Below, piece after piece: positions 28,731-39,044 of a stretch of 64,000 nucleotides of DNA. The notes under the pieces were generated by a model, which worked only from the letters and a program-made list of their open reading frames with translations, was not told the origin of the DNA and searched no databases. How positions within the stretch are numbered: position 1 is the first letter of the stretch; each line of letters begins with the position of its first letter. The stretch lies in the sequence record SRR33789315_30. One strand, given 5' to 3'. The translations under genes were made by a program, and so were the position numbers.

Positions 28731-29525
28731 ATGGCATTTCAAGACAATTTAAAGATTGCTATACAAGCTGCATTAGAAGCTGGCAGTAAAATTATGTACA
28801 TCTATGACAATGAAGATTTTGGAGTAGATTTCAAAAGTGATGACTCACCGTTAACAAAAGCAGATATTGCTTCACATAACATTATTGTCAAACATCTAGA
28901 GCAAAGCAATATTCCTATACTTTCAGAAGAAGGAAAAAGTATTGCTTATACCGATAGAAAAAATTGGGATCTACTCTGGATAGTAGATCCCATTGACGGC
29001 ACTAAAGAATTCATTAAGAAAAATGGTGAGTTTACAGTTAATATCGCTTTGATTGAAAATCAAGTCCCTATTCTAGGGGTTATCTATGTCCCAGCCCTTA
29101 AAGAACTCTATTTTTCAACTAAAGAAAATGGAGCATATAAAGCCTATGACACAACCTCTTTTACAAGCCTAGATGATCTTATGAATATTTCTCATAAATT
29201 ACCTTTAGCTATTAAAAAAGATAATTATGTTGCAGTAGCAAGTAAATCGCACCTTTCTCCAGAAACTGAAGCCTATATCTCAAGTCTCGAGGCCGAACAT
29301 GGTAACGTGAAAACCATTTCTAAAGGAAGTTCTTTAAAACTTTGCATGGTCGCAGAAGGGGTGGCAGATTGTTATCCGCGTTTTGCCCCAACGATGGAAT
29401 GGGATACCGCAGCGGGACAAGCCATTTGTATGCATGCTGGAAAAACTGTAATTGACTGGAGCACTAAAAAAGAGATGTTGTATAATAGAGAACAACTTTT
29501 AAATAATTGGTTTTTAGTGAAATGA
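28731..29525 (+). CDS. cysQ: 3'(2'),5'-bisphosphate nucleotidase
   Basis: SPLTKAD, LSEEG, WIVDPIDGTKEF, GSSLKLC, PTMEWDTAAG. Confidence 0.96.
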   Translation: MAFQDNLKIAIQAALEAGSKIMYIYDNEDFGVDFKSDDSPLTKADIASHNIIVKHLEQSNIPILSEEGKSIAYTDRKNWDLLWIVDPIDGTKEFIKKNGEFTVNIALIENQVPILGVIYVPALKELYFSTKENGAYKAYDTTSFTSLDDLMNISHKLPLAIKKDNYVAVASKSHLSPETEAYISSLEAEHGNVKTISKGSSLKLCMVAEGVADCYPRFAPTMEWDTAAGQAICMHAGKTVIDWSTKKEMLYNREQLLNNWFLVK

Positions 29526-29562
29526 TATTCTTCCTCCTTTTAATTTTACTATTTTCATACAA

Positions 29563-30870
29563 ATGTTAAATAAACTCAAAGAGATAAGGACGATTTATAA
29601 CAAAAATCAACCTAAAATAAAAAGTTGGACAAAACTGGGAGGGCAATTCTTGATTGGCCAAGTTTCAGTTCAATTTATACAACTTTTATCAGGTTTTTTT
29701 TTAATACGTTGGTTATCTATTACTGAATATGCACAATACAGTATGGCATTTGCCTTTCAAAGTACAGCCCAATCATTAGTAGAATTTGGATTTTCCGGAT
29801 CAATTATTGCATTGGTCGGTAATAGAATCAATAATAAAAGAGTAATAGGAGAATATATAAAAGCGGGGAAATTTTACAGGAATCGCTTTTTTATTTTTGT
29901 AGCTATTGGGGTCTCTGTGATTTTTCCTTTAATGGCTAGAAAATATGATTGGTCCATAACTATATCTATTTTATTGCTATTAAGTATTCTTTCTAACCTT
30001 TTTTTTTCAGGTAATATCACTTATTATTCTACCCCTCTAAAAATTCATAAAAAGCTCCGTCCAATATATGGCACTCAGGTCTCACTTGGAACATTGAGAT
30101 TATTAATCAATGCAATATTCTATTTTCTTACGCTACTCAATTCATGGGTAGCAGCATTTTCAAATAGCATAGTTGTTTTGGCCACAGGACTTGTTTACAA
30201 AAAAAAAGCTATTGAGTATATTGAAGAGCCTTTAGAAGCATCTCTAGTTGTTAGAAAAGAGATGTTCCAATATATAAAGCCTATAATTCCAGGAATCATT
30301 TTTGCTTCTCTTCAGGCACAACTAATGGTATTTCTTATAAGTATTTTTGGAAAATCTGATAGTAATATTGCAGAAGTGTCTGCCCTAGGTAAGTTTGGGC
30401 TATTATTCACTGTATTAACCATGTCTGGAAGTATTTTAATTGCTCCTTATTTTGCTAAGCAAAACAAGGAAAATATCATTGTAAAATATTTAGGTATACT
30501 TGGAGCATTTACAGTCATTATAATTTCAATTATCATTTTAGGATATTTTTATTCTAATTTATTTCTATGGTTTTTAGGCAAAGGATATGAACATTTAAAT
30601 AAAGAATTAGTCTTACTTTTAACTTTATCTGGCCTGCAAGTGATTAACGGTATCATGTGGAATATGAATGCTTCCAGAAAATGGATTTACAATTGGATGC
30701 CCATGTTAAGTATACCTGGCACCATAATAATCCAAATTATAGGAATAATAACAATGGATTTAAGTACAACTTATAATGTTTTATTATTTTCACTTTTCAG
30801 TACCCTATTTGGTTTATTAACAAGAATAATTGTTGCCCTCGTAGGGTTTAAAAAAGATAAAATTATATGA
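29563..30870 (+). CDS. wzx: Wzx-type polysaccharide flippase
   Basis: About 12 hydrophobic segments; position at the head of the transferase cluster. Confidence 0.75.
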   Translation: MLNKLKEIRTIYNKNQPKIKSWTKLGGQFLIGQVSVQFIQLLSGFFLIRWLSITEYAQYSMAFAFQSTAQSLVEFGFSGSIIALVGNRINNKRVIGEYIKAGKFYRNRFFIFVAIGVSVIFPLMARKYDWSITISILLLLSILSNLFFSGNITYYSTPLKIHKKLRPIYGTQVSLGTLRLLINAIFYFLTLLNSWVAAFSNSIVVLATGLVYKKKAIEYIEEPLEASLVVRKEMFQYIKPIIPGIIFASLQAQLMVFLISIFGKSDSNIAEVSALGKFGLLFTVLTMSGSILIAPYFAKQNKENIIVKYLGILGAFTVIIISIIILGYFYSNLFLWFLGKGYEHLNKELVLLLTLSGLQVINGIMWNMNASRKWIYNWMPMLSIPGTIIIQIIGIITMDLSTTYNVLLFSLFSTLFGLLTRIIVALVGFKKDKII

Positions 30871-31955
30871 AAGAATGTATCCATATTTCATGTGCTAGTG
30901 ATGAACGCTACTTTCCAGGTCTCTTGGGAACACTAGCTAGTATTGTTATAAATACAACCTATAAAGGCCCTCTATGTTTTCATATTATCGATGGTGGAAT
31001 TCTAACAGCATCCATGAACAACCTAGAGGAAATCTTAAAAAAATTAAACCCAAAGGTTCAAATAAAAAAGTATAAACCAGATTTATCCCTCTTTGATCAT
31101 TTCCCATCCTTTTTCTTTGATACTCCTCTGACTTATGCAAGATTACTCCTGCCTGATTTATTAAAAAATATTGATCGATTAATATATACAGACACAGATA
31201 TCTTACACCTAAAAGATATAGAAAATCTATGGTCTGCAAATCTAGAAGATAATAGTACTGGAGTTTGTTGTGAAGTTGCAACCAAAACAGTAGGTAATGA
31301 ATATTTTGATCTTGAGTTATTAAAATTATTAAATATAGATTCTTCTGCTCCCTATTTTAATGCTGGCATTATGCTGATGGATCTAAAAAAATGGAGAGAA
31401 GATAATCTTTCTTCAAAAACCATGAAATTTTTATCAGAAAACCCAGATCAGTGTCGCTTTCATGATCAAAGTGCGATGAATATTATTTTGTATAAAAGCT
31501 TTAAATTATTAGATCAATCCTTCAATATTCAATCACATCGCGAATCTTTTAAAATAGAAGAAAGGCTTAATGATTTATTGGATTTTAAAATCAATTACCA
31601 TTTTGTCACTTCTGCAAAACCTTGGTTAAAATATGATAAAAGCCCTCCCAACCTCTTTTTTTATAACTTATTAAATACAATTGGCTACCCTTTAAATGAT
31701 CTTATTTTTATTCAAACAAAAAATATATATTTAAAGAAAATGAAATGGCTTAAATTACTTCCTCTATTTTATACGGTAAGAAGTTCAATAAAAAATACAA
31801 TAGGCCGAAAGCTTCAATCTAAAAAGGATATTAAAATTGCAGAATTCTGGAAAGAACAAATAAATTTACTGGAATTTTACAAAAAGGAGCAATCTAACAT
31901 TAATAAAAGCTTAACCAAATGGAAACAAAGGATATCAACAAAGCTAAGCACTTGA
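30867..31955 (+). CDS. Glycosyltransferase family 8
   Basis: YARLLLPDLL, YTDTD (DxD), YFNAGIMLMDL, HDQSAMN, HF...KPW. Confidence 0.92.
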   Translation: MKECIHISCASDERYFPGLLGTLASIVINTTYKGPLCFHIIDGGILTASMNNLEEILKKLNPKVQIKKYKPDLSLFDHFPSFFFDTPLTYARLLLPDLLKNIDRLIYTDTDILHLKDIENLWSANLEDNSTGVCCEVATKTVGNEYFDLELLKLLNIDSSAPYFNAGIMLMDLKKWREDNLSSKTMKFLSENPDQCRFHDQSAMNIILYKSFKLLDQSFNIQSHRESFKIEERLNDLLDFKINYHFVTSAKPWLKYDKSPPNLFFYNLLNTIGYPLNDLIFIQTKNIYLKKMKWLKLLPLFYTVRSSIKNTIGRKLQSKKDIKIAEFWKEQINLLEFYKKEQSNINKSLTKWKQRISTKLST

Positions 31956-32722
31956 AAAACAAAAATTTTCAACCAAAAAATAAAGTGTTTTGTATAGGCT
32001 TATCACGTACCGGAACAGTCTCATTATGTGAAGCACTGGATATTCTAGGCTATAATAGTTTACATTTTTCTTTACCGCTATTTATTTATCCAGAAATTAT
32101 ATCTCAAGATTTGTCTTTTGAGCCACAACAAAAGTTAAATCCTTATAAGCATTGGAGACTTAAAAAAGAAATCAAAGCTATAAACACAAAGCTTGATCCA
32201 AATATGCTTTCATCTTATGATGCTTATGGCGATTTACCTATCCCTTTTTATTTTAAGGAACTTGATGCTAAATTTCCCAAGAGTAAATTTATCTATACTA
32301 TGAGGAATGAAGATAAATGGTTAAAAAGTATGAAATGGTTATATGAAGAAGGATCTGTATTGTGGTCACACGGATTACTTGATGATGAAATAAAATACAA
32401 AGCATATAACACATATAAATTTGATAAAGATAAATTGATAAAAAGTTATAGAGATCATCATGAAAATGTTATGGAATACTTTAAAAATAGGACTGAGGAT
32501 ATATTGATACTTAATATAGATAAAGAAAGGATTACCTTTGATAATCTTTCAAAATTTTTGAAAAGACCCATACCTGAAGTGCCATATCCTAAAAGTAATC
32601 TTTCAAGAAAAGCCTCTTATAAAAAACATATTCACTATAAATTAGATACAGCTATTCCTTTCTACTCAATGATAAAACGTAAACTGAAGTTTCTCTGGCT
32701 AGTACTACCATTTTATATTTGA
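31919..32722 (+). CDS. Sulfotransferase family protein (Sulfotransfer_4-like)
   Basis: 5'-PSB loop KVFCIGLSRTGTVSL, D-x-P, FIYTMRNEDKWLKSM. True start may be TTG 31952, overlapping the GT8 stop. Confidence 0.85.
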   Translation: METKDINKAKHLKNKNFQPKNKVFCIGLSRTGTVSLCEALDILGYNSLHFSLPLFIYPEIISQDLSFEPQQKLNPYKHWRLKKEIKAINTKLDPNMLSSYDAYGDLPIPFYFKELDAKFPKSKFIYTMRNEDKWLKSMKWLYEEGSVLWSHGLLDDEIKYKAYNTYKFDKDKLIKSYRDHHENVMEYFKNRTEDILILNIDKERITFDNLSKFLKRPIPEVPYPKSNLSRKASYKKHIHYKLDTAIPFYSMIKRKLKFLWLVLPFYI

Positions 32723-32757
32723 CCTCTTTTAAATAACGTATAAATTAATAAAAAGCC

Positions 32758-33726
32758 ATGCAGCAAGAACCAGATATCTCTATAATATGTCTTACACCTA
32801 TACTAAACGAAGAATGGGTTCTGGAAAAATTTCTAAAAGCAGCTTCTTTGTGGGCGGATTATATTTTAATAGCAGACCAAAATTCTGATGATAATTCAGT
32901 TAAAATTGCAAATTCTTTTGAAAAAGTAAAAGTGATTCAAAATGATGGGGATGGTCTAGATGAAGAGTATCGTCAAAACCTTTTGCTAACTGAGGCAAGA
33001 AAACTACCAGGTGTAAAAAAAATATTTGTAGTATTAGATTGTGACGAATTTTTATCATCTAATTTTAAAGAAAGTAAGGAATGGGAACTTATTCTTAAAA
33101 GCGATCCGGGAACTGCTTTTACACTCCCATGGGTACATATTTTAGACTCACAAAATTGTTGGATACCAGATGCCAAAAAACAGTTTATTTATATAGATGA
33201 TGGAAATAGCCTCCAAGATGTTAAATTTCATGCACCTCGTGTACCAGCCTATTCTAATATAAAAACCATTCATTTAACAGAAATTGTTAATCTTCATCTT
33301 CAATATCTTCCAAAAAGACGCAACAGGATAAAGCAATATTGGTACCAATGTACGGAAATTATAAAATACCCAGATAAACATCCGATTGATATTTTCAGAC
33401 AATACAATAAGTTGTTAAAAATTAAATCTAACTCTCAACCTATAAAAGAAGTTTGGATAAATGGCTATCTTAATCAGCAAATCAATTTATTTGAATGTAA
33501 AGATATTATTAATCCCCATCACATCCATTCAATAAACCAGAAGATTGAAAATCATCCTGTCAAAACCTATAGAAAACTCGATATTTGGGAAGATGAATTT
33601 TTTAGTAATAAGGATCCTCGATCAAGAATAGACAAAAAAATACATAATTGGCTAAGAGCAACCCAAGGTCAAAACCATAAATTACACAATAGGATAATAC
33701 AAAAATTCATAAAATTTATTTGGTAA
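32758..33726 (+). CDS. Glycosyltransferase family 2-like
   Basis: LTPILNEE, IADQNSDDNS, VLDCDE. Confidence 0.85.
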   Translation: MQQEPDISIICLTPILNEEWVLEKFLKAASLWADYILIADQNSDDNSVKIANSFEKVKVIQNDGDGLDEEYRQNLLLTEARKLPGVKKIFVVLDCDEFLSSNFKESKEWELILKSDPGTAFTLPWVHILDSQNCWIPDAKKQFIYIDDGNSLQDVKFHAPRVPAYSNIKTIHLTEIVNLHLQYLPKRRNRIKQYWYQCTEIIKYPDKHPIDIFRQYNKLLKIKSNSQPIKEVWINGYLNQQINLFECKDIINPHHIHSINQKIENHPVKTYRKLDIWEDEFFSNKDPRSRIDKKIHNWLRATQGQNHKLHNRIIQKFIKFIW

Positions 33727-34674
33727 ATGACAGACAACCCATATTTCACTATAGGATTAATGACCTATAACAATGCTGCATATATTGAAAAGGCTATTGA
33801 AAGCATCATTACACAAAAATTAAAAAACTGGGAATTAATTATCTCTGATGATAATTCCCAGGATAATACCTCTCAAATAGTTGATCGATATTTAGGAGAC
33901 CCTAGAATACGATATATAAAACATCCATCAAACTTAGGTCAAGCTAATAATTGGAAGTATTTAATTAAAAATGCCTCAGGTAAGGTTTTTGCGACATTGC
34001 ATGCAGATGATTATTGGGATATGGATTATCTTGAAATAGCTTATACTGCTTTTACAGAAAAACCATTGGACATCCTTCAATTTAATTGGAAATTAATTGA
34101 TCCTCAAGGTAATATTACAGGAATTGGTCCAGTAAAAAAATCCACCTTACTAAAAAAAGGTAAAATTTTAGAAAATCAACTATCAAAATTTACATGCTTG
34201 CCATCTGCAACTTTATTTAATCTTAAATTAATCAATTATATCTCTTTTCCTGATAATCGTTATAAATACGCCGTAGATTTTGAATATTTCATAAGGATGT
34301 GTTCTAAAGCAAGTGTACTTGAAAAAATAAATGAACAACGAGTTTATTACCGGGTGCATACCTCTAGTGTCACAGCTTTATATGGTAAAGGTCTACCGTG
34401 GGATATGGAGCGAAAACATCTTATAAAGAATATGACAACATATTTTGGGGAAAAAGAATTTTCTGAAAAAAATTCAGACCTTTTAAAACTTTTTTTTGCC
34501 AAAAATATACTCCAAGATGCTTTGTCAAAAAGCAAATCTGGATATATCAAAGAATCTATTGATAAGCTTAAATATGCTTTAAACTTATCCCCAAAATCTT
34601 ATTTGCAAGCTAAAATTCTTGGGAAGATTTTAATTAATTATATTTCTTATCCCTTTAAACGTAAACGTGGTTAA
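33727..34674 (+). CDS. Glycosyltransferase family 2
   Basis: TYNNAAYI, ISDDNSQD, LHADDY. Confidence 0.9.
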   Translation: MTDNPYFTIGLMTYNNAAYIEKAIESIITQKLKNWELIISDDNSQDNTSQIVDRYLGDPRIRYIKHPSNLGQANNWKYLIKNASGKVFATLHADDYWDMDYLEIAYTAFTEKPLDILQFNWKLIDPQGNITGIGPVKKSTLLKKGKILENQLSKFTCLPSATLFNLKLINYISFPDNRYKYAVDFEYFIRMCSKASVLEKINEQRVYYRVHTSSVTALYGKGLPWDMERKHLIKNMTTYFGEKEFSEKNSDLLKLFFAKNILQDALSKSKSGYIKESIDKLKYALNLSPKSYLQAKILGKILINYISYPFKRKRG

Positions 34675-35203
34675 ATATTTAATTAACGAATTCATCTTAT
34701 ATTTTTGTAATTATATTATTAGTAATATTCCTTCTCATACTATACGATTATTATACTATAGAAAAATAATGGGATATAAGATAGGTAAACATACTTATAT
34801 TAATTTAGGATGTACTTTCAATGTGCGAAGGGGTTTTATTATTGGAGATAATTGCATCATCAATAAAGATTGTCGTCTTGATAGCAGGGGCACTTTGACG
34901 ATACAAAATAATGTTTCTATTTCTGAAGGTACTTATATTTTAACGGCTGACCATGATCCATCACAACCTGCATTTAACGGAAGATCACGTGCAATTTTTA
35001 TTGAAGACTATGCCTACATAGGATCTGGCGCAATGTTGTTGCCGGGAAGTAACATGAAAAAAGGCTCTATTTTAGGAGCTCGTGCAGTTTTAACTAAAAC
35101 CATTCCTCCTTATGAAATTTGGGTGGGTTTACCTGCAAAGAAAATTGGTGACCGTCAAAAAAATTTAACCTACACGGTTCATTATAAAAGATTATTTCAA
35201 TAA
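34667..35203 (+). CDS. Left-handed beta-helix (hexapeptide) O-acyltransferase
   Basis: Hexapeptide repeats, ILTADHD, GLPAKKIG. Confidence 0.88.
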   Translation: MVKYLINEFILYFCNYIISNIPSHTIRLLYYRKIMGYKIGKHTYINLGCTFNVRRGFIIGDNCIINKDCRLDSRGTLTIQNNVSISEGTYILTADHDPSQPAFNGRSRAIFIEDYAYIGSGAMLLPGSNMKKGSILGARAVLTKTIPPYEIWVGLPAKKIGDRQKNLTYTVHYKRLFQ

Positions 35204-35308
35204 TAAAATTTATAACAACTCTTCTTATGAAAAAAATAATTAAAAGGTTTATTTTAAATTTCAATTTTTCTATAGTGTATAAATTCTCACGCAAAATATA
35301 GAAAGTCT

Positions 35309-35887
35309 ATGACTATTTCTGAATTCATACATAGAGCCTTTTTTGCAATTGAACATAAATTCATTTCCCCTTTAGCAAGTAGCTTACGCAAATTAAAATT
35401 AAAAACAGCAGGTATGAGTATTGGGGCAAAAACTCGTATTCCTTCAATATATGTTTCGTGGCCTCATAAAGTTAGTATTGGTAAGGAGTGTAAGCTAGAA
35501 AAAGGCATTCGCTTTAAATTTGACGGGCTTTGGAGCAATGGTGTATCAATTACTATTGAGGATAATGTTTTTTTAGGTAGCTATTGTGAATTTAATATTA
35601 CGGAAAATATTTATATCGGAAAAGATTCTCTAATTGCTTCAGGTTGTAGATTTATTGATCATGACCACAGTATAATCTTAGGCCAAAAAATTGGTTCTAA
35701 AGGCAAGTCAAGTCCTATTAAAATAGAAGAAAACGCATGGTTGGGATGTAATGTAGTGGTATTAAAAGGAATAATCATAGGCGCAGGTAGCATTGTTGCA
35801 GCGGGATCAATAGTTACAAAATCAATACCTCCCAATGAAATTTGGGGAGGGGCTCCTGCTAAAAAAATTGGTGTGAGAACATATTAG
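35309..35887 (+). CDS. Left-handed beta-helix O-acyltransferase
   Basis: FIDHDH, WLGCNVVVLKG, GAGSIV, GGAPAKKI. Confidence 0.88.
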   Translation: MTISEFIHRAFFAIEHKFISPLASSLRKLKLKTAGMSIGAKTRIPSIYVSWPHKVSIGKECKLEKGIRFKFDGLWSNGVSITIEDNVFLGSYCEFNITENIYIGKDSLIASGCRFIDHDHSIILGQKIGSKGKSSPIKIEENAWLGCNVVVLKGIIIGAGSIVAAGSIVTKSIPPNEIWGGAPAKKIGVRTY

Positions 35888-35992
35888 GATAAATATTCTT
35901 GATTATAAATTATTCGGTTTTGATTTAAAGGTTGGTAAAAACTATCAATTAAAAGATTCATATTTACAATATCCTGATATTAAAATAAAAAA

Positions 35993-37090
35993 ATGAATTT
36001 AGTATTTCTGTGTGGTTCACTAGAAAAAGGTAAAAATGGTGTTGGTGATTATACTCGAATAATGGGCAAATTAGTCCATGAAATGGGGCATGCAGTATCT
36101 TTAATTGCTTTAAATGATAATTATCTAGATCAAGATTACCAAGAAGAGAAAATTTCTTCTTCTTTGTATATATACCGTATAGCAGATCATCTTAAAGACA
36201 AGGATAGATATTCAAAAGTTAAAGAAATAATTATTACTAAAAAACCAGATTGGGTCAGTCTCCAATATGTGCCATTTTCATTTCATAAAAAAGGAATCCC
36301 TTTAAATTTGGGAGCTAACTTAAAATCATTGGAAAATAATTTTAAGTGGCATATTATGTTTCATGAATTATGGATTGGCATGGAAAAAGGAGCCAATACC
36401 AAAAATTCGATTATAGGAAATATTCAAAAAACATTAATTAAAAAACTCATTATAAAACTTAATCCTAAAATAATAAATACACAACTCCCACTCTATAAAG
36501 AGCATCTCAAAAAAATAGGGTGTACCGCAGATATTTTACCATTATATAGTAATATCGAAAGAGTAGAGAACAAAAGAGACCCTATTACTAAAAAGGATAG
36601 ACACATACAGATAGCACTCTTTGGCGGAATGCAATTTGGTGCAAAATTTAAAGAGTTTATCATTTGGCTCACACAATTTACTACTTATTCAATTGAATTT
36701 CAATTTATTGGAAAAACAACTCAAGAAAAAGAAAGCTGGTATAAACTTTTAAAGGCTCAACATATTAAATACACAGATCATGGATTTTCACAAGATGAAA
36801 AAGTATCCAACATATTAAATCAATGTGATTGGGGGTTAACAGGTACCCCTTTTATCTTATTGGCTAAAAGTGGCTCAGTAGCTGCAATGATTGATCATGA
36901 TCTCAAAGTGATTTGTATAGCTAGAGATTGGATTCCTAAAAATTTGATGGAAGTCCAAACAAATGATTCATTCATAGATTGGAATAAACAAATATGTATT
37001 GATGATATTTTAAGGCATAAAAATCCAAGTAAAACAACCCCTAAAATTATCGCAGATCAATTTTTAAAGTCACTTTCTAAAAATCTTTAA
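35993..37090 (+). CDS. Divergent GT-B (GT4-like) glycosyltransferase
   Basis: GVGDYT, SLQYVPFSF, MFHELW, KSGSVAAM. Confidence 0.7.
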   Translation: MNLVFLCGSLEKGKNGVGDYTRIMGKLVHEMGHAVSLIALNDNYLDQDYQEEKISSSLYIYRIADHLKDKDRYSKVKEIIITKKPDWVSLQYVPFSFHKKGIPLNLGANLKSLENNFKWHIMFHELWIGMEKGANTKNSIIGNIQKTLIKKLIIKLNPKIINTQLPLYKEHLKKIGCTADILPLYSNIERVENKRDPITKKDRHIQIALFGGMQFGAKFKEFIIWLTQFTTYSIEFQFIGKTTQEKESWYKLLKAQHIKYTDHGFSQDEKVSNILNQCDWGLTGTPFILLAKSGSVAAMIDHDLKVICIARDWIPKNLMEVQTNDSFIDWNKQICIDDILRHKNPSKTTPKIIADQFLKSLSKNL

Positions 37091-37092
37091 CT

Positions 37093-37686
37093 ATGGCATC
37101 TTTCTCATACTTATGGAAAAATAGAGCAAAGTATAAACCATTTTCTATTGCTTTTTTTAAATCATGGGCCAAAAGGTTTTTTTCGTTAAAAGAAGTATTT
37201 AAAAGAAACCTACGCAGAAATTCACTCAATAGAAAAGGTGCATTAATTGAGGAAACCGCAGAAATTGGTCACCTTGAAGCAAATGGAAAAAAATCCAACC
37301 TAAAAATAGGAAGTTTCACCTTTTTAGGCAGAGTTGAACTTGCATTGCACGAAAAAATCACAATAGGTTCCTATGTATGCATCAATGATGGTGTTAAGAT
37401 CCTTAGTGCCTCACATGATCTTAATGACCCTTTATGGAGGCATATAAAAAAAGAGATTATAATAGATGACTATGCATGGATAGCTACAAACGCTATAATC
37501 CTTCCTGGCGTACACATAGGAAAAGGAGCTGTTATTGGAGCAGGAGCTGTTGTAAGTAAAAGTGTTACTCCCTATTCCGTAGTAGCTGGAAATCCAGCAA
37601 TACCCGTTAAAGAAAGATGTAAGGAATTTAACTATAACCCTTGTGAATTTCTTGCGGGTAACCATGCATGGTTAGCACGACCTTAG
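37093..37686 (+). CDS. Left-handed beta-helix O-acyltransferase
   Basis: ILSASHD, WIATNAIILPGV, GAGAVV, AGNPA. Confidence 0.9.
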   Translation: MASFSYLWKNRAKYKPFSIAFFKSWAKRFFSLKEVFKRNLRRNSLNRKGALIEETAEIGHLEANGKKSNLKIGSFTFLGRVELALHEKITIGSYVCINDGVKILSASHDLNDPLWRHIKKEIIIDDYAWIATNAIILPGVHIGKGAVIGAGAVVSKSVTPYSVVAGNPAIPVKERCKEFNYNPCEFLAGNHAWLARP

Positions 37687-37787
37687 AACAAAATAAACGC
37701 ATAAGATTAAATAAAATATTTGTAATATTACCCCAAGACTCCTATTAACAACTCTTTTACATATAAACCAATAATTATCTTTTAGTT

Positions 37788-39041
37788 ATGCCCGCAAATT
37801 CTAAAATAGTACTATCTCACCCAACAGGCAATACCTTTTCAAGAGCAGCCGTTAAAGGGATTTTAGACGCAGGAATGCTCCAAAAGTTTTATACTACAAT
37901 AGCGGCATTTGAAGGAGATTCCCTAAGTAAGTTAAGCAAAGTTCCTGGTTTTAAAGAGATCGAAAGAAGAAAATATAACGCTGAACTTCGTGATTATACT
38001 CAAAAATATCCTTGGATTGAAGCCGGTAGATTTATTTTACCCAAATTAGGTCTTAAGGAAATGATAAAGCATGAAACGGGCAAATTTAGTGTAGATGCCG
38101 TATACAGTAGTCTAGACAAAAAAATAGCTTCTCAATTAGATCAATTTATAAAGGATGGTGTTAATGCATTATATGCCTATGAGGATGGAGCTTTTTACTC
38201 TTTTTCAGAAGCAAAAAAAAGAGGATTAAAATGTATTTATGATTTACCTATAGGTTATTGGCGTGTGCAAAGAGAACTTCTTGAAGATGAGAAAGAAAAA
38301 AACCCAGAATGGATTAAAACTCTTAATGCATTTAAAGACTCTAAAGAAAAATTAAAAAGAAAAGATGAAGAAATAAGAATGGCAGATCATATAATAGTAG
38401 CTAGTTCATTTACAGCCAGTACTTTAAATTATTTTCCTGATCAAGTCCCTCCTGTCCATGTCATTCCATATGCTTTTCCTACACCAGTTGAATATAGAAA
38501 TTATACAGACACTACAACTAGAAAGTTAAAATTCCTTTTTGTTGGCGGCTTATCGCAAAGAAAAGGAATTGCCTATCTTTTTGATGCTATAAATGATCTG
38601 GGAAATGAGGTTGAGTTAACCATTGTGGGCAGAAAACCCGTAGATGATTGTGAAGCCTTAAATGAAAATTTAAAAAAACACACCTATATTCCTAGTCTCC
38701 CACATACTAAAATTCTTGAATTAATGAGAGAGCAAGATTTATTAATTTTCCCCTCTTTATTTGAAGGATTTGGATTAGTTGTTACAGAGGCTATGTCACA
38801 AGGCACCCCTGTTATCACTACAGAAAGAACTTGTGGTCCAGATATTATAGAACACGATGTGGATGGATGGATCATACAAGCCGGCTCTTCTAAATCACTA
38901 AAGACCCAAATAAATAAATTAATCGAGAATCCAGATCAATTAATTTCTGCCGGAAAAGCGGCATTAAAAAAAGCCAAGGATAGATCTTGGGAAATATATA
39001 GCAAAGAAATAGGAGATGAAATTGTGCGGATCTTCAAATAA
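37788..39041 (+). CDS. Glycosyltransferase family 4
   Basis: FVGGLSQRKG, PSLFEGFGLVVTEAMSQG. Confidence 0.92.
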   Translation: MPANSKIVLSHPTGNTFSRAAVKGILDAGMLQKFYTTIAAFEGDSLSKLSKVPGFKEIERRKYNAELRDYTQKYPWIEAGRFILPKLGLKEMIKHETGKFSVDAVYSSLDKKIASQLDQFIKDGVNALYAYEDGAFYSFSEAKKRGLKCIYDLPIGYWRVQRELLEDEKEKNPEWIKTLNAFKDSKEKLKRKDEEIRMADHIIVASSFTASTLNYFPDQVPPVHVIPYAFPTPVEYRNYTDTTTRKLKFLFVGGLSQRKGIAYLFDAINDLGNEVELTIVGRKPVDDCEALNENLKKHTYIPSLPHTKILELMREQDLLIFPSLFEGFGLVVTEAMSQGTPVITTERTCGPDIIEHDVDGWIIQAGSSKSLKTQINKLIENPDQLISAGKAALKKAKDRSWEIYSKEIGDEIVRIFK

Positions 39042-39044
39042 TTT

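Noticed and set aside
30199-30207. A9 tract in wzx, and A8-A9 tracts in the HTCS and cysC, as phase-variation sites
   Set aside because: Such runs are expected in AT-rich Lys-coding sequence, and all frames are intact.
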